Part shown: in pieces, positions 36,161-45,779 of the stretch | Position numbering within the stretch: position 1 is the first letter of the stretch | Layout: the number at the start of each line of letters is the position of its first letter | Assembly: GCA_019241635.1 (NCBI GenBank) | Contig: JAFAWR010000300.1 | Span: 363-64,362 of the forward strand | Length of the DNA: 64,000 nt | Source of the DNA: Solirubrobacterales bacterium | GTDB lineage: Bacteria > Actinomycetota > Thermoleophilia > Solirubrobacterales > Solirubrobacteraceae | Reading direction: 5' to 3' | The notes under the pieces: model-generated | The model's input: only the letters and a program-made list of their open reading frames with translations | What the model was told of the DNA's origin: nothing | Database searches by the model: none | Program-made: the position numbers and the translations under genes

Positions 36161-37456
36161 CTAGAACGCGCCCGCTCCCGAGATGCCGGGCGGCAGCGTC
36201 GCCGGCGTCGCCTGGATCTCGGTCAGGCTTCCGCCGGACCCAACCCGGTACACGTCGATCTGGCTATCGATCCCCAGACCGGCCGGCGGCGGGGCCGACA
36301 GCGCCGAGCTCGGGTCGATCACGTACAGGTACTTGTCGTCGTTGCTGAGCGCCATGTCGGCCGGGAAGCCGGGCGCCGTACTGGCTTGGTGGCTGAGCGT
36401 CATCTTGCCGTTGCCGGCCACCGACAGGCTGGATACCGCACCCACGCCGCCGGTCGGTGCCGTCGAGCCGAGCGTGTTGGTCACGAACGCCCGGCGGCCG
36501 TTCTTGGTCACGATCAGCCAGCAGGCTGCGCGCCCGCCCGTCTTCACGTTGCTGACGAGCGTGAGCTTGCCCGTGTTCGACACCTTGTAGGTGGCCGCGG
36601 TACCGGTGAACTGCGTGAAGTCCCCAACCTGGGGCATGGCGCCGTTCGCCGTATTCACCTGGCCGGCGTTGCTGATCAGGAAGTAGCGGCCGACCGCCGA
36701 GAACCCGAACGGGTTGTCGATCCCCGGCGTGGCGGTTGCCCGCGCCGGTCCGGCCGAGCCGTCACGCGCGATCACGAACGTGTCGATCTCGCCGTACTTG
36801 CGCGGAAGCGCTCGCTGGGTGACGGCCAGCACGTCGCCGTTGGCCGAGAACCCGATGCCCGCCGGCGCGCCGTTCTTGTCCTTCTTGCCCTTCGGCGTGA
36901 CCGCCTTGAGCTTGCGGTCAGAGCCGGCGATCGGCGTCAGCTTGCCCGTGCTCGAGAAGTGCCAGCCGTAAATGCTGTAGCTCAACCCGTTGAGCACGTA
37001 GAGCAGGTGGCCGCTCGTGGCCAGGCTGACCGGCAGCTTCCCGTGCGTCGACACGCGATCCACCTTCTTCAGGCCACTGGCCGTGGCCTCGAACGAGGTG
37101 ACCGTGTTGTCACCCGCGTTGACCACGAACAGCAACTTCCCGTCGGGCGTCAGGTCGACCGAGCCCTGGGAGTCGACGACCGGCAGACCGAACGTCGGTG
37201 TCCCCGGGGGCGTCGGCTGTCCCTTTCCGCCGGTTGCCACGTTCCCGAGCAGCGAGATCGTGCCGTTCGCGGCCCGGTTATAGACGAGCACGGTGTTGCC
37301 CGCCGGGTTGTTGGTCTGGGTATAGAACCGATGCGGTACGCCCGACTTCTTTCCGGCGCCCTGCTTGGCGGCGTCAGCCGCCCATGGTGCGAGCAACGCA
37401 ACAGCGACCAGCAACAACCCCATCAGCCGCGCGATCCTCACGGCATTCCGTCCCAT
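36161..37456 (-). CDS. Secreted lactonase-family 7-bladed beta-propeller protein
   Basis: Signal peptide; YTQTN...GN.V, LFVVNAGDNTVTSF, PFGF, AACW, D.ALS.D.KYLYV. Confidence 0.85.
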   Translation of the reverse strand: MGRNAVRIARLMGLLLVAVALLAPWAADAAKQGAGKKSGVPHRFYTQTNNPAGNTVLVYNRAANGTISLLGNVATGGKGQPTPPGTPTFGLPVVDSQGSVDLTPDGKLLFVVNAGDNTVTSFEATASGLKKVDRVSTHGKLPVSLATSGHLLYVLNGLSYSIYGWHFSSTGKLTPIAGSDRKLKAVTPKGKKDKNGAPAGIGFSANGDVLAVTQRALPRKYGEIDTFVIARDGSAGPARATATPGIDNPFGFSAVGRYFLISNAGQVNTANGAMPQVGDFTQFTGTAATYKVSNTGKLTLVSNVKTGGRAACWLIVTKNGRRAFVTNTLGSTAPTGGVGAVSSLSVAGNGKMTLSHQASTAPGFPADMALSNDDKYLYVIDPSSALSAPPPAGLGIDSQIDVYRVGSGGSLTEIQATPATLPPGISGAGAF

Positions 37457-37648
37457 ATAGCCCTCCGATAAGAGTGTTAGCGCCCGGCCTATGCGCCCAA
37501 TAAGCGGCGCAACCCTACAGCATGGATTGAGCGCTGTGAAGATCCTGGGAACGCGGTGATACCGCGCTTGCAGTTGACGGGAGTCTGGGGCCGCGCGCGC
37601 CGTGGCGGCGCGCCCGCGGAAAGCGAGCGCGCCGCCCGGTGCATGTGG

Positions 37649-39004
37649 CTAGTTGACTGCGAGCCCCGAGATCAGCTCCGGGAGCGTGGCTCCCTGCGTG
37701 ATCGGGGTGAGGCTGCCATCGCCGTTGATCGCGAACACGTCGATATGACTGGTCGCCGGCGGCGGCGGCACGTTCGGAACGCTCACGTAGAGGAACCTGC
37801 CGTCAGGGCTGACTTCCTCGTCGGTGGGGCTCCCCGGGCCGAGATCGGTCTGCCCGAGCCGCGTCAACGTGCCACCGGACCCGACCCGATAGGTGGTCAG
37901 TCCACCGGCGCCGGTGCCGATGCCGTTGGGCGGCCCCAGGCTCGGCGCCGTCGAGAGCGTGTTGGTCACGAACGCGAAGCTGCCGTCCTTGGACAGGACG
38001 AGCCAGCAGGCCCCGCGTCCCCCGCTCGTGACCTCGGTGCTGACCGGCGTCAGCGTCCCGGTGCTCGAGAGGGTGTAGGACGAGGCCGACCCGGTGAACT
38101 CAGTCGGATCCAGGATCTCCGGAATGGGCAGGCTGCCCGCCGGGTAGGCGTACGTGCCGTTCACCTGGCCGACGTTCGAGACCAGCAGCGTCCCCGAGCG
38201 CGTGAACGCGAACCCGAACGGGTTCGGGTCGACGCTGGCGGTCCGGTCGGCCTGCTCGAGGGTCAGCGACCCGTCCCGGTTCACCGCGAACGTGTCGATC
38301 GCCCCGACCGTGCTCGGCACGCCGCGCTCGGTCACCACCAGCTGGTGCCCGTCCGGGCTGAAGCCGATCTGGGCGGCGACCCCGCCGGCGTTGGGCGGCG
38401 CCGGACCGGACGGGAACAGAGGCGAGATCAGCGTCTCCGACCCCGGGATCGGCCACAGACGACCGTCGTCGGAGAAATAGAACCCTTCGACGGTGCTGCT
38501 CTGCTCGTTGACCACATAGAGCAGATGGCCGTGCGTGGTCAGGCTGATCGGCAGAACCCCACCCGAGCTGACCCGATCCGCGCGCCTCAGGTGATCGCCG
38601 TCGGCCTGGAACGAGGTGATCGTGTTGTCGCCGTCGTTGACCACGAACAGCAGGCGGCCATCGCCGGCCAGGGCCATCGATCCGGAGGAGTCGACGATCG
38701 GGAAGGTGAACGGCGGCTGCGCGGCGATGCCGGTACCGCCGGTCGGTACGGTGGGACCCTGGGTGAGCGTGCCGTCGCGGTTGCGGTGAAAGACGATCAC
38801 CGCGTTCCCGCTCGGATTGTTGGTGGTGGTGTAGAGATCGCCGCCGCGATTACCGTGGAACCAGTGGCGGACGGCGTGATGGTGCTTGCCGCCCGCCTTG
38901 GCCTGCGCCGTAGCCGGCACGGCCGCGAGCACGACGGCGGCGAGAAGTAGGAGGATCCGTCGCACGAGTCGACTCGCGCGCACGGACTGCCCCGGTCCGG
39001 TCAT
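37649..39004 (-). CDS. Secreted lactonase-family beta-propeller protein (paralog of 36161-37456)
   Basis: Signal peptide; same blade motifs (LFVVNDGDNTITSF, NPFGF, GACW, SPDGRFLYV). Confidence 0.85.
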   Translation of the reverse strand: MTGPGQSVRASRLVRRILLLLAAVVLAAVPATAQAKAGGKHHHAVRHWFHGNRGGDLYTTTNNPSGNAVIVFHRNRDGTLTQGPTVPTGGTGIAAQPPFTFPIVDSSGSMALAGDGRLLFVVNDGDNTITSFQADGDHLRRADRVSSGGVLPISLTTHGHLLYVVNEQSSTVEGFYFSDDGRLWPIPGSETLISPLFPSGPAPPNAGGVAAQIGFSPDGHQLVVTERGVPSTVGAIDTFAVNRDGSLTLEQADRTASVDPNPFGFAFTRSGTLLVSNVGQVNGTYAYPAGSLPIPEILDPTEFTGSASSYTLSSTGTLTPVSTEVTSGGRGACWLVLSKDGSFAFVTNTLSTAPSLGPPNGIGTGAGGLTTYRVGSGGTLTRLGQTDLGPGSPTDEEVSPDGRFLYVSVPNVPPPPATSHIDVFAINGDGSLTPITQGATLPELISGLAVN

Positions 39005-39123
39005 GAAACAACCCCCAATGAATTGGTGCCCGCTCGGGCGCAGCAGCGCTGCGTCCTCGCATAGTCGTCCGCGACTCTAGTCCTGAGCCGCGCGCGGAGA
39101 AAGAAAATTTTGTGAACGAATGC

Positions 39124-40899
39124 TCAGACCAGGCTGGCCTCGCGGCGCGCGGCCACGAGGTCGACCGGCCGGCTGAGCGCCTTGAGCGCCGGCAGTTGCT
39201 CATTCGCGGCGATCCGGCCGGCCTGCAGGAACCGATCGGCGAGATGGAAGTCGCGCCATTCGGCCGGCCCGAAGCGGGGAGTGATCACGACGTCGCCGAG
39301 CGCGGCGTGACGAGCGCTGGTGTCGAGCTGGCTCAGGTCCATCGCCTCGAGGATGGTGTCAAGCGGCCCGCGGCGCCGCGGCTTGGCCGGCTCGGCCTCG
39401 GGCTCGTCGGGCACGCCGGGCCAGCGTTCGAGCGTTTCGGTCCCGAGCAGGTTGACCGACACCACGATGTCGGCGCCGTCCTCGATCACCGCTGCGGTGG
39501 GGACCGGGACGAGCGCGATCGCGTCGATCAGCCGGTGACCGTCGCGCTCCTGGGTGGGAAACACCCCCGCCACCGACAGCGCGGCGAGCAGCGCCTCCCA
39601 GATCGGCCCGCGGCGCTGGGCCACGGGCGCGCGCGCGGTCAGATCGACGGCCATGATCACCAGCGGGACCTGCGTGTGCGAGAAGAACGCGCCCTTGGTC
39701 GCCTCCTTGAGCAGGCCGGTGAGCGTCTCCAGCCCGGCCGAGCCGACCAGCGGCGACTTGAACAGCTGGGCGGTGTTCTCGGCGCTGAACGCTTCGCGGA
39801 AGCGGGCGTCGATCTCGCCGGCGCCATGGCCCAGGGCAAGCTGGCTGGCCACGAAACCGCCGATGCTCGAGCCGCCGACGTAGTCCACGGTGTAGCCCGC
39901 TGCCTCGAGCGCATGCAGGACGCCGACGTGGGCGTAGCCCTTGGCGCCGCCGGCGCCCAGGGCCAGCCCGAGCTTGGTTCGGGTGAGGTGGCGGGCGATC
40001 CATGCCACGTCGGCGTCGGCCAGCGCGAAGTCCGGCTGGCGCGCGCACTCACGCACGACCAGCCTGAGCGCGCTCGGGTGCCACATCTGGCTGGCCTGGC
40101 GCGCCTCGTCGGAGACCAGGATGATCTCGAGTCGCCGGCCCTTCGACGCGGCGGCCACGTTCCCCAGCCGGTTGGCCTCCTCGGCGTTGCCGACCAGGGC
40201 GACGACCCGATCGGCCTCGTCGAGCAGCACGGCGACCGTGTCGGGATCGAACTCCGAGGGGATGAGCACGGTGGCGTTCTCGGTGGCCAGCTCATCGGAC
40301 GCGGTGAGCGCGCCGGCGAACGACAGCGAGCGGTCGGCCACGGTGACCGGCTGGGCGCTGGCCATGCGCGCGGCGGCGATGAGCCCCGGGATCACTCCCT
40401 TCAGCGACGGCCCGGCGATCAACCCGATCTCCTCGCCCCGGTTGGAGCTCGAGCGGACACTCGCGCTGAACAGGGCGGCGCTGCGCGCGCTGGCCCGGAA
40501 CAGGCGCTCGCGCTGGGTATGGATCACGTTGATGAGGATGCGAGGGAAGCGCCCGGCCAGCGTGAGCAGGTCGGCGGCGTCGAGCTCGAGCGTGTCGGTG
40601 ATCGTGCTCGCCGACACCGTGGCGGTGCGCTCGGTGCCGGTGATCGCGTCCTGGGCGCCGATCACGTCGCCCTTGCGCATGCGCAACTCGATCTCCCCGC
40701 CGCCGGCCGTGGTGCCGGCGCTCCAGATGACCAGCCCGCCGGTGATCAGCCAGATGCGATCGCTCGGATCCCCCGCCGCGCACAGCTGCTCGCCGGGCGC
40801 GAACTGGCGCGGACGCATGTGCCCGGCGACCGTGTCCAGCTCAGCGTCGCTGAGCCCTTCGAACAGGCGGATCCCGGCGAGGTTCGTGTCACGGGCCAT
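39124..40899 (-). CDS. cNMP-binding domain + patatin-like Ser hydrolase
   Basis: N-term cNMP fold (GDPSDRIW.I..G...GDVIG...RTATV); GAGGAKG, GSSIG (GxSxG), LIDAI (DGG-like Asp). Confidence 0.88.
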   Translation of the reverse strand: MARDTNLAGIRLFEGLSDAELDTVAGHMRPRQFAPGEQLCAAGDPSDRIWLITGGLVIWSAGTTAGGGEIELRMRKGDVIGAQDAITGTERTATVSASTITDTLELDAADLLTLAGRFPRILINVIHTQRERLFRASARSAALFSASVRSSSNRGEEIGLIAGPSLKGVIPGLIAAARMASAQPVTVADRSLSFAGALTASDELATENATVLIPSEFDPDTVAVLLDEADRVVALVGNAEEANRLGNVAAASKGRRLEIILVSDEARQASQMWHPSALRLVVRECARQPDFALADADVAWIARHLTRTKLGLALGAGGAKGYAHVGVLHALEAAGYTVDYVGGSSIGGFVASQLALGHGAGEIDARFREAFSAENTAQLFKSPLVGSAGLETLTGLLKEATKGAFFSHTQVPLVIMAVDLTARAPVAQRRGPIWEALLAALSVAGVFPTQERDGHRLIDAIALVPVPTAAVIEDGADIVVSVNLLGTETLERWPGVPDEPEAEPAKPRRRGPLDTILEAMDLSQLDTSARHAALGDVVITPRFGPAEWRDFHLADRFLQAGRIAANEQLPALKALSRPVDLVAARREASLV

Positions 40900-40995
40900 G
40901 GTCGCCTGCCAGCGTATGGGGCGCGCGGCGGCCTCGTCAAGGCGCGGGAAAAGGTCACAGGGGCCGCTCGGGCCGTGTATAGACTCACGCCCGAA

Positions 40996-42015
40996 ATGGA
41001 AGCCAGCGACGCACGGGGCGCATCCGGATCTCTGCCGATCGTCACCGGCAAGAAGCTCATGCTGTTCGCCGGGCGGGCCAATCCCGAGCTTGCCGCGGCG
41101 ATCGCGCGTAGGCTCGGAATCGAGCTCGGCCACATCACGCTGAAGACGTTCTCGGCCGGCGAGGTGTACTGCCGGTTCGATGAATCGGTGCGCGGCGCCG
41201 ACGTGTTCATCGTGCAACCGACCTGCGCCAACCCGGAGACCGGGGTCAGCGCCAACGACGCGATGATGGAGCTGCTCGTGATGGTCGACGCCGCGGTCGG
41301 CGCCTCGGCCCACCGGGTGATCGCGGTGATGCCCTGGTACGGCTACTCGCGCCAGGACAAGAAGTCAGCCCTGCGCGAGCCGATCACCGCCCGGCTGGTC
41401 GCCCAGCTGCTCGAGACCGCGGGCATCGATCGCATACTCACGCTCGACCTGCACGCCGGCCAGGTCCAGGGCTTCTTCCGTAAGCCGGTCGATCACATGA
41501 CCGCGCTCCTGCTGATCGCCGACTACTTCCGTGAGCTTGAGCTCGACGACCTCGTGGTGGTCGCTCCCGACGTCGGCCGGGTGAAGCTCAACCACAAGTT
41601 CGCCGAGATGGTCGGGGCCGACCTGGCCCTGATGACCAAGGAGCGCCCGGCCCAACAGGTGGCCGAGGTCGGCTACGTGATCGGCGATGTGCGCGGGAAG
41701 ACCGCGGTGATCCTCGACGACATCATCGACACCGCCGGCACCCTGACCGCAGCCGGCCAGACCGTGCTCGACGAGGGCGCCCGGCGGGTGTTCGCCGCCT
41801 GCACGCACCCGGTGTTCTCGGGTCCGGCCTACGAGCGGCTTGCCTCCTCGCCGTTCGAGCAGGTGGTGGTCACCGACACGATCCCGCTGCGCGAGGGCGC
41901 GCCCGAGAAGGTCGTCGTCCTGTCGTGCGCTTCGCTGCTGGCCGACACGATCCGTCAGATCTTCACCGACGGTTCGGTCTCCGCCGTTTTCGGTGGCGAG
42001 AACCAACTCTTCTAG
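40996..42015 (+). CDS. prs: Ribose-phosphate pyrophosphokinase (PRPP synthetase)
   Basis: FSAGEV, SVRGADVF, YGYSRQDKK, DLHAGQVQGFF, VAPDVG, LDDIIDTAGT, VVTDTIP. Confidence 0.95.
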   Translation: MEASDARGASGSLPIVTGKKLMLFAGRANPELAAAIARRLGIELGHITLKTFSAGEVYCRFDESVRGADVFIVQPTCANPETGVSANDAMMELLVMVDAAVGASAHRVIAVMPWYGYSRQDKKSALREPITARLVAQLLETAGIDRILTLDLHAGQVQGFFRKPVDHMTALLLIADYFRELELDDLVVVAPDVGRVKLNHKFAEMVGADLALMTKERPAQQVAEVGYVIGDVRGKTAVILDDIIDTAGTLTAAGQTVLDEGARRVFAACTHPVFSGPAYERLASSPFEQVVVTDTIPLREGAPEKVVVLSCASLLADTIRQIFTDGSVSAVFGGENQLF

Positions 42016-42190
42016 AGCGAGGCCCATGAACGCTCGGTGAACGAGCGCGGACGAGTTGCAGCGGGGTTTCGGTTCCGTCATAGTCCTCCTTGGACGTGGA
42101 CCGAATTGGGGGTTGTAACCGGGGCTCGGTGGCGCCGACGAATCGTCGGCGTCTCGGTCGGTGTGACCCCGACGAACCGAGGAGGGGCTG

Positions 42191-43951
42191 ATGGCAGACG
42201 ACCGTTCGGCGTCGATGCTCGAACTGAAGGCGATCGACGCACCGACCGGCCACTACGACGTGGCGATCCTCGGCGGCGGACTGGCCGGACTGACCATCGC
42301 GATCCAGCTCAAGCGCGAGCGTCCGGAGACCCGGGTGCTGGTCACCGACAAGCGGACCGAGCCGGCGCCCGAGGCGGCGTTCAAGGTCGGCGAGTCGAGC
42401 GTCGAGATCGGCGCCTACTACTACCGCGAGATGATCGGCATGCGCGATCACCTCGAGCGATACCAGCAGCGCAAGCTCGGGCTGCGCTTCTTCATGCCGG
42501 CGGGCGACAACTCCGACATCACCAAGCGGGTCGAGTTCTGCACCCCCGGGCATCTCGACGCGTTCACCCATCAGATCGACCGCGGGCGGTTCGAGAACGA
42601 GCTGTTCCGGCGGGCGCGCAAGGCGGGCGCCGACGCGTTCCGCGGTTGGCGGGTGCAGGACGTGTCGCTCGGATCCGACACCCACACGATCCTCATGTCG
42701 CAGGAGGGCGAGGAGTGCATCGCCACCGCGCGCTGGGTCGTGGACGCCTCCGGTCGCGCCAACATCATGCGCCGCAAGCTCGGCGTGGGCGAGGGCGTCG
42801 ACACCGGCCATCACTGCAACGCGGCGTGGATACGGCTGGCCGGCGGCCTGGACTTCGAGGATTGGACCGACGACGAGGAGTGGCTCGGCCGGATGCCCGA
42901 GAAGGGCCTGCGCATCCACTCGACCTCGCACCTGATCCAGCCCGGTTACTGGCTGTGGCTGATCCAGCTGGAGTCGGGGCCGATCTCGATCGGGGTATGC
43001 GCGGACCCGCGCTTTCACCCGTGGGAGGAGATCTCGAGCTTCGACGCGTGGATGGACTGGATGAAGCGCAACGAGCCGCAGCTGCACGCCGCGCTCGAGG
43101 ACCGCCGCGCGGACGTGCTCGACTTCCTGCGCGTCCAGGACTACTCGTACGGATCGACGCGCTTCTTCTCCGGTGCCGATCGCTGGACGCTGGTCGGAGA
43201 AGCCGGGGCGTTCCTGGACGCGCTGTACTCGCCGGGGTCTGACTTCATCGCGTTCTCCAACACGTTCAGCTGCGAGCTGATCGAGCGTGAGCTCGACGGC
43301 GAGGACGTGACCGAGCTGGCGGATTTCTACAACGACTTCTACCTCGCGCTGTTCAACACGACAGCGCATCTGTACCGCGACAACTTCCAGCTGTTCGGTA
43401 ACCCGCAGGTGATGGTGGCGAAGTTCGTGTTCGATAGTTCTACCTACTTCTCCGGGATCGGCAATGCCTGGTGTCACGGGAAGATGCGCAAGCCCGAGGA
43501 CATCCGGCGATTGGGGGAGGTGCTCCGGCCCGCGATCGAGATGCTCCCCCGGATGCAGGAGCTCTTCCGCGACTGGAACGCGATCGAGAACACGCCATTC
43601 GAGGGCGTGTCGGTGCTGCCCAAGACGCTTGCGCCCTACATCCAGGCGCAGGCCGACATGGCGCATCCGGCCTCGGATGACGAGGTATTCGAGAACTCGC
43701 GCAAGAACGTCGAGTACCTGAAGGCGCTGGCGGTGTGGATATTCCACCGGGCGGCGCGGAATCTGCCCGATCCGCCGGATGAGAACCGGGGCATCAACCC
43801 GCTGGCGATCAGCCTGCACCCGGAGCGCTGGGAGGCGGACGGGCTGTATTCGGACGATGGGATCACGCTGGCCCAGGCGCTGGAGGCGTTGCCGGGTATC
43901 GAGGAGATGGACCTCGAGAAGCGCGGCGCGGTGGTGGCCGCGCAGGCCTGA
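42191..43951 (+). CDS. Flavin-dependent halogenase 1
   Basis: YDVAILGGGLAG, KVGES, RKLG (candidate catalytic Lys), DRGRFE, VVDASGR, WLWLIQL (WxWxIP-like), GEAGAFLD.LYSPG; GGAGG RBS. Confidence 0.82.
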   Translation: MADDRSASMLELKAIDAPTGHYDVAILGGGLAGLTIAIQLKRERPETRVLVTDKRTEPAPEAAFKVGESSVEIGAYYYREMIGMRDHLERYQQRKLGLRFFMPAGDNSDITKRVEFCTPGHLDAFTHQIDRGRFENELFRRARKAGADAFRGWRVQDVSLGSDTHTILMSQEGEECIATARWVVDASGRANIMRRKLGVGEGVDTGHHCNAAWIRLAGGLDFEDWTDDEEWLGRMPEKGLRIHSTSHLIQPGYWLWLIQLESGPISIGVCADPRFHPWEEISSFDAWMDWMKRNEPQLHAALEDRRADVLDFLRVQDYSYGSTRFFSGADRWTLVGEAGAFLDALYSPGSDFIAFSNTFSCELIERELDGEDVTELADFYNDFYLALFNTTAHLYRDNFQLFGNPQVMVAKFVFDSSTYFSGIGNAWCHGKMRKPEDIRRLGEVLRPAIEMLPRMQELFRDWNAIENTPFEGVSVLPKTLAPYIQAQADMAHPASDDEVFENSRKNVEYLKALAVWIFHRAARNLPDPPDENRGINPLAISLHPERWEADGLYSDDGITLAQALEALPGIEEMDLEKRGAVVAAQA

Positions 43952-44000
43952 CAGTCACTCCTGAAAGCAACGAACTTCCGCGATGGACAAAGGAGACAAC

Positions 44001-45734
44001 ATGGGGGATAGGCAGCCGGCAGACAGCTACGACGTGGCGATCCTGGGCGGCGGCCTGGCGGGGTTGACTCTGGGGATTCAGCTCAAGCAGGCCCGTCCGG
44101 AGACGAGCATCTTCATCGCCGAGAAGCGCAAGGGCCTGGCGCCCGAGGCGGCGTTCAAGGTCGGCGAGTCGACGGTCGAGGTCTCGGCCCACTACTTCGC
44201 CGACGTGGTCGGCGCGCGCGAGCACATGGACAGGGATGAGCTGCACAAGTTCGGGCTGCGCTGGTGGTTCCCCGCGGCCGGCAATACCTCGATTGCCGAG
44301 CGGATCGAGCGGGGGATCAACAAGCCGCTTCCCGAGCCGAGCTACCAGCTCGACCGGGGCCGGTTCGAGAACTACCTGGGCGACCGCGCTCTGGAGGTCG
44401 GAGTCGACCGGTTCGGTGACTGCCGCGTGCAGGACGTTTCGATCGGGGACCCGCACGTGATCCGGGTGACTTATCAAGGTGAGGATCGTGAGGTGCGCGC
44501 GAGGTGGGTGGTCGACGCCGCGGGCCGGTCCTTCCTGCTGAAGCGCAAGCTGGACTTGTTGGAAGAGAACGGCCATGTCGTGAACTCGGCCTGGTTCCGG
44601 CTCGACGGGGGATTGGATATCGAGTCGTGGGCCGATTCGGATGATGAGGAGTTCTTTTCGCGGATGTCCGAGCGCGGGCTGCGCCAGTACTCGACCAACC
44701 ACCTGTGCGGTCAGGGCTACTGGGTATGGATGATCCCGCTGTCCTCGGGACCGATCTCGATCGGGATCGTGGCCGACCCTCGCTTCCATCCCTACGAGGA
44801 GATGAAGACGCTGGACGGCGCGCTGGACTGGATCCGCCGGCACGAGCCGCAGCTCGGTGAGTCACTGGACGGGCGGATCGACCAGGTCGAAGACTTCCTC
44901 AAGGTGTCCGACTTCTCGTACGGGTGCAAGCAATGCTTCGACGGTTCTGGGCGTTGGTCCCTGGTCGGTGAGGCGGGGGCGTTCCTGGACCCGTTCTACT
45001 CGCCTGGCTCTGACTTCATCGCGATCTCGAACACGCTGTCGACCGACCTGATCTGCCGGTATCTGGATGGCGAGGACGTGAGTGAGCGCGCGCGGGCGTT
45101 CGATGATCTGTACCTGAACACGTACCGCGTCAACTTGACTCAGTACGAGGGGCAGTACGAGTTCTGGCAGAACGCGATGGTCATGACGGTCAAGATCTGC
45201 GCCAACAACATCCTGTACTGGGGCACCGAGTGCCTGCTGTTCTTCCACGACAAGTACGCGGATCTGGAGTTCATGGCCTCGGTGCGGCCGGACCTGGAGC
45301 GAATCTGGGCGATCACCCGGCGACTCGAGGCGATGTACCGCGAGTGGAACGCTCTGGAAGATCGCGAGTGGCGGCGCGCGATCGTGCCCACGCAGGACTT
45401 CCCGGGCATGTTCCAGCGCCACGTCGACATGGCCGGTGGATTCGACGACGACGGCGTCCGGGCCCGGCTGGCCTCGACGGCAGAGTTGATGGAGGCGTTC
45501 GCCGTGCTCGCGTTCAGCCGCGCAGCGGTCAATCTTGGCGACGCGGCGCCGGGCGAGGACGAGAAGATCAACCCCTACGCGGTGTCGCTGGATCCCTCTC
45601 GGTGGGAGGCCGACGGCCTGTTCGATGGCAGCGGCCTGTCGCTGGTCGAGGCCCGGGAAACCGAGGCGGCCGGGTTGCAGAACCTGTACCTGGAGGCCGT
45701 CGCGACGCCGGCGCCGTCCGAGCCGGTGTCCTAG
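44001..45734 (+). CDS. Flavin-dependent halogenase 2
   Basis: YDVAILGGGLAG, KVGES, HKFG, WVWMIPL, GEAGAFLDPFYSPG; AAGGAG RBS before ATG 44001. Confidence 0.85.
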   Translation: MGDRQPADSYDVAILGGGLAGLTLGIQLKQARPETSIFIAEKRKGLAPEAAFKVGESTVEVSAHYFADVVGAREHMDRDELHKFGLRWWFPAAGNTSIAERIERGINKPLPEPSYQLDRGRFENYLGDRALEVGVDRFGDCRVQDVSIGDPHVIRVTYQGEDREVRARWVVDAAGRSFLLKRKLDLLEENGHVVNSAWFRLDGGLDIESWADSDDEEFFSRMSERGLRQYSTNHLCGQGYWVWMIPLSSGPISIGIVADPRFHPYEEMKTLDGALDWIRRHEPQLGESLDGRIDQVEDFLKVSDFSYGCKQCFDGSGRWSLVGEAGAFLDPFYSPGSDFIAISNTLSTDLICRYLDGEDVSERARAFDDLYLNTYRVNLTQYEGQYEFWQNAMVMTVKICANNILYWGTECLLFFHDKYADLEFMASVRPDLERIWAITRRLEAMYREWNALEDREWRRAIVPTQDFPGMFQRHVDMAGGFDDDGVRARLASTAELMEAFAVLAFSRAAVNLGDAAPGEDEKINPYAVSLDPSRWEADGLFDGSGLSLVEARETEAAGLQNLYLEAVATPAPSEPVS

Positions 45735-45779
45735 CGGTTGGTCAGACCCCGGCAGGCCTCGGGCGGCCTCGGGCCGGGC

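Noticed and set aside
39112-40995. Long N-terminal extension making Prs 967 aa
   Set aside because: Antisense shadow of the patatin gene; Prs motifs start after ATG 40996
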